Source of the DNA: a virus
Reading direction: 5' to 3' (one strand)
DNA length: 16,382 nucleotides
Virus genome (UHGV): UHGV-0181023
The notes under the pieces were generated by a model, which worked only from the letters and a program-made list of their open reading frames with translations, was not told the origin of the DNA and did not search any database. Within the stretch, counting starts at the first letter, position 1; every line of letters starts with the position of its first letter. Shown here one piece after another: positions 1-6,905 of this stretch. Made by a program: the position numbers and the translations under genes.

Positions 1-162
1 AATGCCGTAATGCTGCCTGATGCGAAATGGTCGCCGGAAACTTAAAACAGAAGCGAAAATTATCTGTGGTCTGCTCACGCCAGCGCAGGACAACCTCGGA
101 TTTCGGCAGGGCGTAAAGCGTGGTGTTGCCCTCCACACAGTTAACATGACGGGTATTAAGGA

Positions 163-1144
163 TTAACTTACTGATTTTAATAAGCCTCTGGTGTCACTTT
201 GGTGACTATGGGGCATCATTGGGACATAATCTGTCAGCTTCTGATTCAGCATTGCGATCTGTTCTGCATTGCTGTCAGTCATCCATGCTCCGTATACATT
301 GAATACCATCTGGGCACTTGCATGGCCCATCTGGCTGGCAATGAAGCTTGGGTTTGCTCCGGCAGATAATGACCAGCACGCATAAGTGTGTCGTGACTGG
401 TATGCCTTTCGATGCCTGATCCCTGCACGCTTAATGGCTGTTTCCCATGAGTCACCTACAGAATCGACTTTGTAGACAAAACCTACCTGTTCGCTTTTTC
501 TAACCACTTGAGGGTTAAACACGAAAGTACATTCATGGTTCACTGAACGTCTATATTCACGTAGTTGCACCTTGATGTTGTACTGCTTACCCAGTCTTGT
601 CATTTCAGCCTGATTTTTCAGGACACTGATAGCGGGCTGGATAAGGTGCACAACCCTGTTTGTGCTTGCTTCAGTTTTCGGTAGAGTGAACTCACTTGTT
701 TTTCGTTGAATTCTGATACCCGGTAAGCAAATCTTTCCTGATATACAGCAATTCCTCTTTGGTTACCGATGACACCAGTCTACTGCCTCCAATTTTCGGA
801 ACCATCGTTCTTGCAACGGATTCATAGCGATTGAATGCATTTGCAGAGATTTCCATTCGTTTCAGATCCAGCCACTTTTCTTCAAGTTCCTTCACCGTAA
901 TTTCTTTTTTACTTACCCCAAAAGTCTGAAGGTTGGGGGAGTCAGGGAACTGTGCAGCATAATCAAAGCTTCCTGTGCGGATGGCAAAACATACTGATGT
1001 CCGCAGTTCCCCGGCGATCTTCCTGTTCTTGGCAGTGTCAGGGACACCAAGATTTTCCCTGACACGTTTACCTTTAAAATTAAACCAGATGCGTAATGTG
1101 CCGCCGTGGTTTTCGACGCCTGTTGGATATTTGACTTTATCCAT
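163..1144 (-). pseudogene. int: tyrosine integrase (Rac IntR-like), apparently frameshifted: N-terminal ORF 692..1144, C-terminal catalytic ORF 163..651 in another frame
   Basis: N-terminal ORF has arm-type DNA-binding-like start (KYPTGVENHGGTLRIWFNFKGKR); C-terminal ORF carries SRHTYACW...GH...VYGAWM (box II Arg/His and catalytic Tyr). The two frames differ (529 nt offset) and the C-terminal frame stays open upstream across the N-terminal stop at 692. Box I Arg region not evident. Strong SD (GGAGGT) before ATG at 1144. Confidence 0.6.
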
Positions 1145-1199
1145 CGATACCTCCAGACGCCCAAGAGCGATACGAGCTTACATATTTCATGATATTAAA

Positions 1200-1436
1200 T
1201 CACCTGGGTTGTTTGTTTTTCATTGAGGCGACCCAGGCATCTATTGCTTTTCTGTTATACATACATTCACTGGAAGGCTTTGGATTACCGTCTGGTGATA
1301 CGTGAATATACTCTCTTCCAACCATCCAGCATTCTTTCCGGGCCCGAAGAATTGTGCCTGGTTTGAGCCCGGTAATTGCGATAAGAACGCTTTCACAAAC
1401 CCATTCATTGGGAGCCAGTTGAATCACATTGCCCAT
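1200..1436 (-). CDS. xis: excisionase-like protein (putative Xis)
   Basis: 78-aa ORF immediately upstream of int on the same strand; motif LAPNEWVCESVL...TGLKPGTI...REY.HVSPDG resembles phage excisionase-like family; SD GAGGT 5 nt before ATG. Confidence 0.65.
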   Translation of the reverse strand: MGNVIQLAPNEWVCESVLIAITGLKPGTILRARKECWMVGREYIHVSPDGNPKPSSECMYNRKAIDAWVASMKNKQPR

Positions 1437-1444
1437 GTATTACC

Positions 1445-1591
1445 TCACACAACACTCAGCCCACGGCAGTGGCAACACACTTCAAACATTCGCTTCACAA
1501 CTTCACGACAGTAGAAGCCGTCAACATCTCGCGTCAGGTCATAGCGATTGCCGTAACGCTGGTGGACCCATCGTTCAAATGCTTTATTCAT
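1445..1591 (-). CDS. small hypothetical protein, 48 aa, with CxxC and CCHC cysteines (below ORF-track size cutoff)
   Basis: ATG at 1591 preceded by AAAGGAAG; translation MNKAFERWVHQRYGNRYDLTRDVDGFYCREVVKRMFEVCCHCRGLSVV; stop overlaps the xis SD; sits in a coupled gene chain. Confidence 0.4.
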   Translation of the reverse strand: MNKAFERWVHQRYGNRYDLTRDVDGFYCREVVKRMFEVCCHCRGLSVV

Positions 1592-1594
1592 TCT

Positions 1595-1837
1595 TTACTT
1601 CCTTTTTATGGCTCGTAATTTTTTCAGGTGCTTTTCCTGCTCAGTGTCCGCGAGAATTTTGCGGTACTCCTGGTGGTCAATATGTTCGAACAGGCAGTTT
1701 AACTCACCAATGCGTACCCGCCCGGATCGTCCGTCCATCCGTCGAAAGAACACTGAGTGCTCAGTGATGCGAGTAATCACCACGGGGTATCCGGCTCTGT
1801 CCGTGTATATCTGACCGCGTTGAATCAAAGCGAACAT
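1595..1837 (-). CDS. hypothetical protein, 80 aa
   Basis: ORF-track frame 1595..1891; the listed start is TTG and its first 18 codons (MRWRWRWW...) look non-genic; in-frame ATG at 1837 has upstream GGGGAT. Confidence 0.5.
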   Translation of the reverse strand: MFALIQRGQIYTDRAGYPVVITRITEHSVFFRRMDGRSGRVRIGELNCLFEHIDHQEYRKILADTEQEKHLKKLRAIKRK

Positions 1838-1921
1838 GTGGTTATCCCCAGCGGCAAATCGAATACACCACCAGCGCCACCGCCATCGCAATTCCTACCG
1901 TTGTTAATGCTTCAGGCCAGG

Positions 1922-2266
1922 TCATCGTAAAATATCCTCCACGCTCATCAGTCCGTTCCGCTCCAGATAACTCATCGCCTTATCCGGTAATTTGCAGTCT
2001 GGCTTCGCTTTCCTCAGTTGCCAGGTTAACTGCTTTACCAGCATGGTTAACTCATCGACCAGACGCTGATATCCCACTGGTTTGTATTCATGCAATTTAC
2101 CGGCTGGCTCTGCTGCCAGCGATACCAGTGCGATTTCCAGAACAGCAATATCCATCTTATATGTGCGGATGATGTCATGGTCGATTGTGCCCGGTATGCA
2201 CAGTCTCTGTGCTTCAATAGTCTCCTCTGCGTGAGCTATTAACTGCTCTCTGGTAAAAGTCGTCAT
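1922..2266 (-). CDS. hypothetical protein, 114 aa; shares an (E/D)[10 protein letters not shown]-type motif with the two upstream paralogs
   Basis: ORF track; ATG at 2266 overlaps stop of upstream ORF (ATGA); upstream AAGAAGGGG. Confidence 0.65.
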   Translation of the reverse strand: MTTFTREQLIAHAEETIEAQRLCIPGTIDHDIIRTYKMDIAVLEIALVSLAAEPAGKLHEYKPVGYQRLVDELTMLVKQLTWQLRKAKPDCKLPDKAMSYLERNGLMSVEDILR

Positions 2267-2430
2267 GCCGTAGCCCCTTCTTGATATTTTTCAAACCAGA
2301 ACACAACCGGCTCTGCTTCCAGCGATACCAGCGCAATCCGTGCCAGTTCCATTTGTTCACCACGGGTAAGCCCGTTTTCAAGCGGATTTTTAATGAACAA
2401 TTCAATACGTTCTTTGGTAATAGTGGTCAT
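2263..2430 (-). CDS. small hypothetical protein, 55 aa; paralog of the N-terminal domain of the 2706..3116 product
   Basis: Not in ORF track (under 60 aa). ATG at 2430 with AAGGAG 7 nt upstream; translation [55 protein letters not shown]; stop overlaps next start. Confidence 0.5.
   Translation of the reverse strand: MTTITKERIELFIKNPLENGLTRGEQMELARIALVSLEAEPVVFWFEKYQEGATA
2296..2430. repeat. direct repeat copy A (~135 bp, ~87% identical to 2982..3116)
   Basis: Hand alignment of 2311..2430 with 2997..3116 gives about 105 of 120 identities; similarity extends ~15 nt further upstream. Confidence 0.6.
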
Positions 2431-2440
2431 GTGTTACTCC

Positions 2441-2704
2441 TTAACCCGCAGTGCTTTCAACTGATGAGGGGAACAAAATCTTTTCATCAAACCCTGCATT
2501 CATATCATGAACAGCAACACACCAATCCATCGACGAACGATTATCAAGAGCCTCCATGATTTCATCCATGCGGCGTAGGTCATACAGGTAAATGCTTTTA
2601 TCGCCAATGGTGTAAAAACCAATTTTTTTCGGTGATGGGCAGCGATCAAGAACGTCCTGTAATTCGTTCAACCATGCCCGTTCTTTTTTTGTTAAAGTTG
2701 CCAT
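2441..2704 (-). CDS. hypothetical protein, 87 aa
   Basis: ORF-track frame 2441..2815; internal ATG at 2704 has AAGGAGAG upstream and sits 1 nt after the stop of the upstream gene (TGAtATG), so the longer listed start is unlikely. Confidence 0.7.
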   Translation of the reverse strand: MATLTKKERAWLNELQDVLDRCPSPKKIGFYTIGDKSIYLYDLRRMDEIMEALDNRSSMDWCVAVHDMNAGFDEKILFPSSVESTAG

Positions 2705-2705
2705 A

Positions 2706-3116
2706 TCACTCTCCTTTCCCATGAAGCATAGCGGCGCGGCAGGCGTTCCAGCCTGTAGCGTATGCAGCCGCTTTGCTGCTGCCTTCAACTGGCGCATCCT
2801 GCCAATACATTTCATCCGGCACTACCGGCGCTGGCAAGGCAGCGTGATAGTAGAGTGGCATAGTTTTGTACAGTGGTTCGCCAGGACTTCCGTCAACCTG
2901 ATTCCATTCTTCAACCCAGGCATCAACAACCGCTTTGCTGGTTGATACATGTTCTTCTGAATCTACATTTTGTCCTGATATACAGAACATAACTGCCTCT
3001 GCTTCCAGCGATGCCAGAGCAATTCGTGCCAGTTCCATTTGTTCGCCACGAGTAAGTCCGTTATCAAGCGGATTTTTAATGAATAATTTGATACGTTCTT
3101 TGGTTATAGCGTTCAT
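2706..3116 (-). CDS. hypothetical protein, 136 aa, N-terminal domain duplicated in 2263..2430
   Basis: ORF-track frame 2706..3158; ATG at 3116 preceded by AAGGAGAG and overlapping the stop of the Ea22-like gene; product starts [41 protein letters not shown]. Confidence 0.7.
   Translation of the reverse strand: MNAITKERIKLFIKNPLDNGLTRGEQMELARIALASLEAEAVMFCISGQNVDSEEHVSTSKAVVDAWVEEWNQVDGSPGEPLYKTMPLYYHAALPAPVVPDEMYWQDAPVEGSSKAAAYATGWNACRAAMLHGKGE
2982..3116. repeat. direct repeat copy B (pairs with 2296..2430)
   Basis: See copy A; both copies encode the N-terminus ([34 protein letters not shown]) of adjacent genes. Confidence 0.6.
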
Positions 3117-3117
3117 C

Positions 3118-3933
3118 TCACTCTCCTTTGATGCGAATGCCAGTAGCGCGGATTGCATCGATGACTTCAGAAACTTTGTATGCCATTACCGTTTGGTAAT
3201 CATCGTGAAAATCTGTTCGATGAAGCATGCTGCTACGTTCCGGGAGCGATATTTCCCGAGCATCCAGTTCCTTAACGCGCTCCTCCAGTTCGTAGACCCT
3301 GCATTGTTCTCTATCATCAATCAGATATAACCCAAGACATTCGCTTTCTACCCAACCGCCAAAATCATGATCGTAACGCTCACATGAAAACTCACCGTCA
3401 CCGTCCTTTGTTGGAATGGTGTAACTATCTAATGGGCCACCATATGTCGGCACATTTCCCAATGTTGGATGCTCAATCCACATGAAAAATGCACGTCCGG
3501 TTATTGGGCAAATATCTGGCCGCCATTGGTTACGAACAGCCTTGGTTTCGGATAATTCTTCAGCGTGTTGTTTTACTTCCTCAAGCTCAACTCTCAGCTT
3601 CCCAACCGTAAGAGCAATATCCTCGTTCTTCTGGTCGCGGCGTTTGATGTATTGCTGGTTTCTTTCCAGCTCATCCAGCAGCGCCAAGACGGTAGCCGGA
3701 TTGGCTGCAGCGATGAATTCAGCATTGGCCTGCTGTTCCATTTGGAAATCTTCATCGAAACCGCTTTCAGGATGCGCTCCTTCAATTCTGCAAATGGGAA
3801 TATATCCAGCAGCCTCGCGATGAATTAGCGCATCATCACCATCAAATCGGCCCGATCCATATTCGAGCGACCACTCACCACACGTTGCTTTCTCTGCCTT
3901 TTCACGCAGTGCCTGATAGTCAATCTTGCTCAC
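3118..3933 (-). CDS. Ead/Ea22-like protein (N-terminal coiled-coil region, unknown C-terminal domain)
   Basis: 271-aa ORF; GTG start with AAGGAGG 6-7 nt upstream; motif NAEFIAAANPATVLALLDELE recalled as typical of Ead/Ea22-like prophage proteins; lies in the ea region between int/xis and the immunity region. Confidence 0.65.
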   Translation of the reverse strand: MSKIDYQALREKAEKATCGEWSLEYGSGRFDGDDALIHREAAGYIPICRIEGAHPESGFDEDFQMEQQANAEFIAAANPATVLALLDELERNQQYIKRRDQKNEDIALTVGKLRVELEEVKQHAEELSETKAVRNQWRPDICPITGRAFFMWIEHPTLGNVPTYGGPLDSYTIPTKDGDGEFSCERYDHDFGGWVESECLGLYLIDDREQCRVYELEERVKELDAREISLPERSSMLHRTDFHDDYQTVMAYKVSEVIDAIRATGIRIKGE

Positions 3934-4234
3934 TGGTTGCCTCCTTTGCCGGGATTTCTAACTTTTGAGTGGTTGTATCAAATTCAAACAACTTAACCAC
4001 GTCATCAAACAGGACATAATCACCATCAGGATCTTCAGTCATATCTGCGCCACAATCCTGACCGCACGAGTCGCAACCATCCATATCAAGCTCGTATCGC
4101 TTCAGGTTTGCGATATTTGATAAATTCAGCGCCAGTACAGCCAGGTCATAAACCTCTTCGGCAGTGACATCGCTGTTCAGTCCCATTTCATGGCGATATA
4201 TGATTTTTTCTACTCGTTGTTTTGTGATCGTCAT
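3920..4234 (-). CDS. hypothetical acidic protein, 104 aa (Cys/Asp-rich stretch DMDGCDSCGQDCGADMTEDPDGD)
   Basis: ORF-track frame 3920..4258; ATG at 4234 preceded by GGAGTGAAG; 3' end overlaps the Ea22-like start by 14 nt. Confidence 0.65.
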   Translation of the reverse strand: MTITKQRVEKIIYRHEMGLNSDVTAEEVYDLAVLALNLSNIANLKRYELDMDGCDSCGQDCGADMTEDPDGDYVLFDDVVKLFEFDTTTQKLEIPAKEATSEQD

Positions 4235-4382
4235 TTTTCTCTTCACTCCGATATACAAGGATTACCACACCCCCTCTGCTGATTGCGCGAGCTGGATCCC
4301 CTGGTTCCATGCCGTCAATTCCGAAGGCTTCGGAAAACGCATTCATTGCCTTCTGGCGTTCATCCTGCTTACGGCGTTTATT

Positions 4383-4505
4383 CTATTTTTTCAGGAACAA
4401 CAGCGACAGCCACCGTCCGCTGCAGAACACGATGTAAAAATAACCAAGGAGCGCCAGGCCGACATTCAGGGCCGTTTCTATGGTTAGTTGTGAGTCAGTT
4501 GCCAT
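4383..4505 (-). CDS. candidate small hydrophobic (single-TM-like) peptide, 40 aa
   Basis: ATG at 4505 overlapping the end of the upstream gene; translation MATDSQLTIETALNVGLALLGYFYIVFCSGRWLSLLFLKK; weak SD (AGGT); not in ORF track because under 60 aa. Confidence 0.35.
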   Translation of the reverse strand: MATDSQLTIETALNVGLALLGYFYIVFCSGRWLSLLFLKK

Positions 4506-4743
4506 TTCTTACCTGTTTAAGTAACTGGTTGAACATAACACTTAGGGGATTGCTGTATCCAAACGGCAGATTGTTTACGCAGTACAGAATCATTTTGTTT
4601 TTTTCTCCAGTTCGTACTATTAACCCATTCCACAATAACCGTGATAATTCATTACTGATAGAAGTTGCGCTTCTTCCAAGTGCGAGGGATATATCTTCTC
4701 TACTGCAATCTGGATTTTCCTGGATATACTCGATAACGGTCAT
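4495..4743 (-). CDS. hypothetical protein, 82 aa, possible winged-helix DNA-binding fold
   Basis: ORF-track frame 4495..4785; the ATG at 4743 follows the stop of the upstream gene (4754) with AAAAGGGA between, avoiding a 32-nt overlap; fold call is weak inference from DISLALGRSATSISNELSRL. Confidence 0.55.
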   Translation of the reverse strand: MTVIEYIQENPDCSREDISLALGRSATSISNELSRLLWNGLIVRTGEKNKMILYCVNNLPFGYSNPLSVMFNQLLKQVRNGN

Positions 4744-4753
4744 GTGGTCCCTT

Positions 4754-5335
4754 TTACTTAATATCTGTTTCGGATTGCATGCCATGAGTATTCATTTCGT
4801 TAATAATTTCATCCAGAAGGATTTCAAGCCCTTCTCGACCCATATCTGAAAGAATGAAACCTTTATCAGGGGAAGTAGTGAGCATTTTCTGATAAAGAAA
4901 CAGCGCTCTTCCCATTCCTTCAGCTTCGCCGTATTTTTGAATTAAATTCCATTCAATATACTGTTGTAAGGCAAATCGAATGGGGCCGGGATATATCGTC
5001 ATAAACCCATACATCCCGTTATATACCACGGCGTGTTCAGTTGTTCCGTGTTCATTCAGGATATCAATTGTGCCGTTCTTGTCTTCTTCTTCGTTGATGA
5101 ATGTCGTCACATACAACCATCGCCACTGAGCAACCTTCATCTCAACCGGAAGTTTACCCAGTAATCCTGCTTCGTCGGCTTGCGCCAGACACTGAAGGAT
5201 ACGTAAACCTCGCACATTAGGAGTATCGAATTCTCCGGCATCCAGACGACGTATGGCGTCGTGATAATCAATCGTCATACTGCCAGTTCGTATACCATTG
5301 GCTGTTGCTTCAGCCTGGAATTCATCGTATTGCAT
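4754..5335 (-). CDS. hypothetical protein, 193 aa
   Basis: ORF track; ATG 5 nt after the stop of the upstream 60-aa gene; protein-like composition; no family recognised. Confidence 0.7.
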   Translation of the reverse strand: MQYDEFQAEATANGIRTGSMTIDYHDAIRRLDAGEFDTPNVRGLRILQCLAQADEAGLLGKLPVEMKVAQWRWLYVTTFINEEEDKNGTIDILNEHGTTEHAVVYNGMYGFMTIYPGPIRFALQQYIEWNLIQKYGEAEGMGRALFLYQKMLTTSPDKGFILSDMGREGLEILLDEIINEMNTHGMQSETDIK

Positions 5336-5340
5336 GATAT

Positions 5341-5523
5341 TTATTCCTCATCTTCATCTGCTGGTGCAATAACGTCATATCCTGCCTTTTCTGCAATAAA
5401 CAGGAATGTTGAAAGAGTTCCTACAAGTTCATCGTCATGAACATGGCGAATGAATATTACTTTCCCGTTTTTGATGGTCAGCAATACTCTGGTTTGTTCG
5501 TGTTCTGCTGTTTTCTGATGCAT
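5341..5523 (-). CDS. hypothetical small protein, 60 aa, acidic C-terminus
   Basis: ORF track; SD GGGAGAT upstream of ATG at 5523. Confidence 0.6.
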   Translation of the reverse strand: MHQKTAEHEQTRVLLTIKNGKVIFIRHVHDDELVGTLSTFLFIAEKAGYDVIAPADEDEE

Positions 5524-5525
5524 TA

Positions 5526-5639
5526 TTATCTCCCGTATGCTTTACGCAGAAATAAGCAGGCAATATGCATGTAATTTTCACCGTATTGTGCAATAAGGCA
5601 GGCGGTCTTGTGTGATGCCATATTCTTTATAAAAGTCAC
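5526..5639 (-). CDS. candidate small ORF, 37 aa, GTG start
   Basis: AGGAGG 7 nt upstream of GTG at 5639; stop TAA overlaps the SD of the 60-aa gene; translation VTFIKNMASHKTACLIAQYGENYMHIACLFLRKAYGR; could instead be an untranslated leader. Confidence 0.3.
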   Translation of the reverse strand: MTFIKNMASHKTACLIAQYGENYMHIACLFLRKAYGR

Positions 5640-5717
5640 AATAAAGCCTCCTGTGGATTAAGGTTGTAACAATCCCCGGCGATAAAACCGCAATAAACGT
5701 TCAGGGCATATTTGTTG

Positions 5718-6083
5718 TTATTGCGCTAATTCTTTTTCGGCAGCAGCTTTTGTATACTCACATGCAAAATTCAGAATTTCGCTGCCGAGTGTTTTCGTTT
5801 CGTGATTACTGGACATATGTAATACCTGTGTTGCATGCAATAAATGATAAACATTTACCGCAAATGAATCAGGCTCCAGGCAAATGCCTTCGTAATTATC
5901 TTGCTGTGAGGTTGTTTCTGTCATTGCTCCTGAAGTGCATACGAGCCTGTTTTTGACAATTCTCTTTTCTCTAATCACTATATCGGCAACATCTATTGCC
6001 TTTACAACCTCCGGGAGAAGTTCCGGGTTTGTATAATCAAAGTCATCAACATGGAGAACAGTTATGTTTTCGAACTTTTTCAT
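5718..6083 (-). CDS. hypothetical protein, 121 aa
   Basis: ORF track; SD GAGGA 4 nt upstream of ATG at 6083; no family recognised. Confidence 0.7.
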   Translation of the reverse strand: MKKFENITVLHVDDFDYTNPELLPEVVKAIDVADIVIREKRIVKNRLVCTSGAMTETTSQQDNYEGICLEPDSFAVNVYHLLHATQVLHMSSNHETKTLGSEILNFACEYTKAAAEKELAQ

Positions 6084-6211
6084 GGTTTCCTCAGCTGACT
6101 TATATGTTCTGCTATATAGCGAGTCTCAGAAGTGTTTTCATATTAAGACTGTTTCCGCAATGATTGATAAAAATGTTCGCATGTACCTTGAAGGGCGAAG
6201 CGGCGATTATG

Positions 6212-6760
6212 TCACCATTGGTATTGGTTCTTCCGCAGAAGAGCTTCGCGAGATAAGGGGCAAACTTGTTGAGATGCGTCATGGTGTTGCTGCTCCTCAC
6301 TTTTTGGTTGCTCCGGAGGAGTAACCTCGCCAGTTAACAGCCACATCGGATCGCAGCCAAGAATATTTGCCAGTGGGATAAGCATACTGATGGTTGGTTC
6401 ATACTCTCCGCTCTCCCACTGAATGATGATTTCTTCATCGAGATCGAGCAGCCTGGCGAGTTCGGCGGTTGTTAAGCCGCAGGCTTCGCGTTGGGTGCGA
6501 AGGTTAACCAGCCAGCTTTTAGGGAAGGATTGTTTTTGTTGTGCAGGAGAAGCCGCAGATAGGGCATATTCATGGATAAATTCCATTACCTCAATGCCCA
6601 GTTCCTTTGAGCGAGCACAATCCAGAAGATGGAATGTGCGTACAGCACTTAGCAAATTTGCAATATTTAATGCAAAGGAATCAAGTTCTAAGCCTTCAAG
6701 CGTAACACAGCCGCAGTTGATAAAATTAGTTGTTTCTGGAGTTGCTTTTAGTGTCTTCAT
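6212..6760 (-). CDS. XRE-family helix-turn-helix protein, 182 aa, HTH in the C-terminal half with an unknown N-terminal domain
   Basis: Segment LRTQREACGLTTAELARLLDLDEEIIIQWESGEYEPTISMLIPLANILGCDPMWLLTG matches the XRE/Cro-CI HTH pattern; first gene downstream of a near-consensus promoter. Confidence 0.75.
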   Translation of the reverse strand: MKTLKATPETTNFINCGCVTLEGLELDSFALNIANLLSAVRTFHLLDCARSKELGIEVMEFIHEYALSAASPAQQKQSFPKSWLVNLRTQREACGLTTAELARLLDLDEEIIIQWESGEYEPTISMLIPLANILGCDPMWLLTGEVTPPEQPKSEEQQHHDASQQVCPLSREALLRKNQYQW

Positions 6761-6813
6761 ATACCCACCAACAATTTTAAATTGAATTTAATCAAGTTAT
6801 AATTGATGGCGCG

Positions 6814-6842
6814 ATATTATGCTTTGAGAAATAGGCTGTCAA
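6814..6842 (-). promoter_or_regulatory. near-consensus sigma70 promoter (pL-like) driving the leftward operon: -35 TTGACA, 17-bp spacer, -10 TAATAT
   Basis: On the minus strand TTGACA (plus 6837..6842) and TAATAT (plus 6814..6819) are 17 bp apart; flanked by AATTGATG motifs at 6801..6808 and 6848..6855 and a palindrome ATCAAGTTATAATTGAT at 6791..6807. Confidence 0.5.
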
Positions 6843-6870
6843 GAAAAAATTGATGTCGTGTGTTTTAGAC

Positions 6871-6894
6871 AGAAAAAAACGGGCAAAGCCCGTT
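6871..6894 (-). terminator. rho-independent terminator downstream of the repressor gene
   Basis: On the minus strand: hairpin ACGGGC-TTT-GCCCGT followed by a run of 7 T, 12 nt after the repressor stop codon. Confidence 0.65.
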
Positions 6895-6905
6895 AAAATC
6901 AAAGA

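Noticed and set aside
1-162. Identification of the left flank as the ttcA 5' end (the Rac integration site)
   Set aside because: No ATG or N-terminal coding sequence resembling TtcA on the minus strand; the integration site cannot be named from sequence alone.
4283-4849. 188-aa plus-strand ORF, and similar plus-strand ORFs at 913..1164, 975..1226, 1302..1514, 1429..1767, 1608..1814, 2281..2559, 2721..2945, 2935..3330, 3482..3823, 3565..3828, 4164..4487 and 5750..5956
   Set aside because: All lie antisense to a continuous chain of minus-strand genes with SDs and stop/start coupling; their translations are Arg/Ser/Leu-rich shadow-frame products and lack SDs.
6064-6324. 86-aa plus-strand ORF with a GGAGAA SD in the gap between the 121-aa and HTH genes
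   Set aside because: Overlaps the 3' end of the HTH gene by 113 nt and the start of the 121-aa gene on the opposite strand; kept only as a low-probability antisense candidate, not listed as a feature.
6761-6905. LexA (SOS) box controlling the leftward promoter or the 8072..8365 gene
   Set aside because: No CTGT-N8-ACAG palindrome; the CTGT and ACAG near 6836..6870 are about 29 bp apart.
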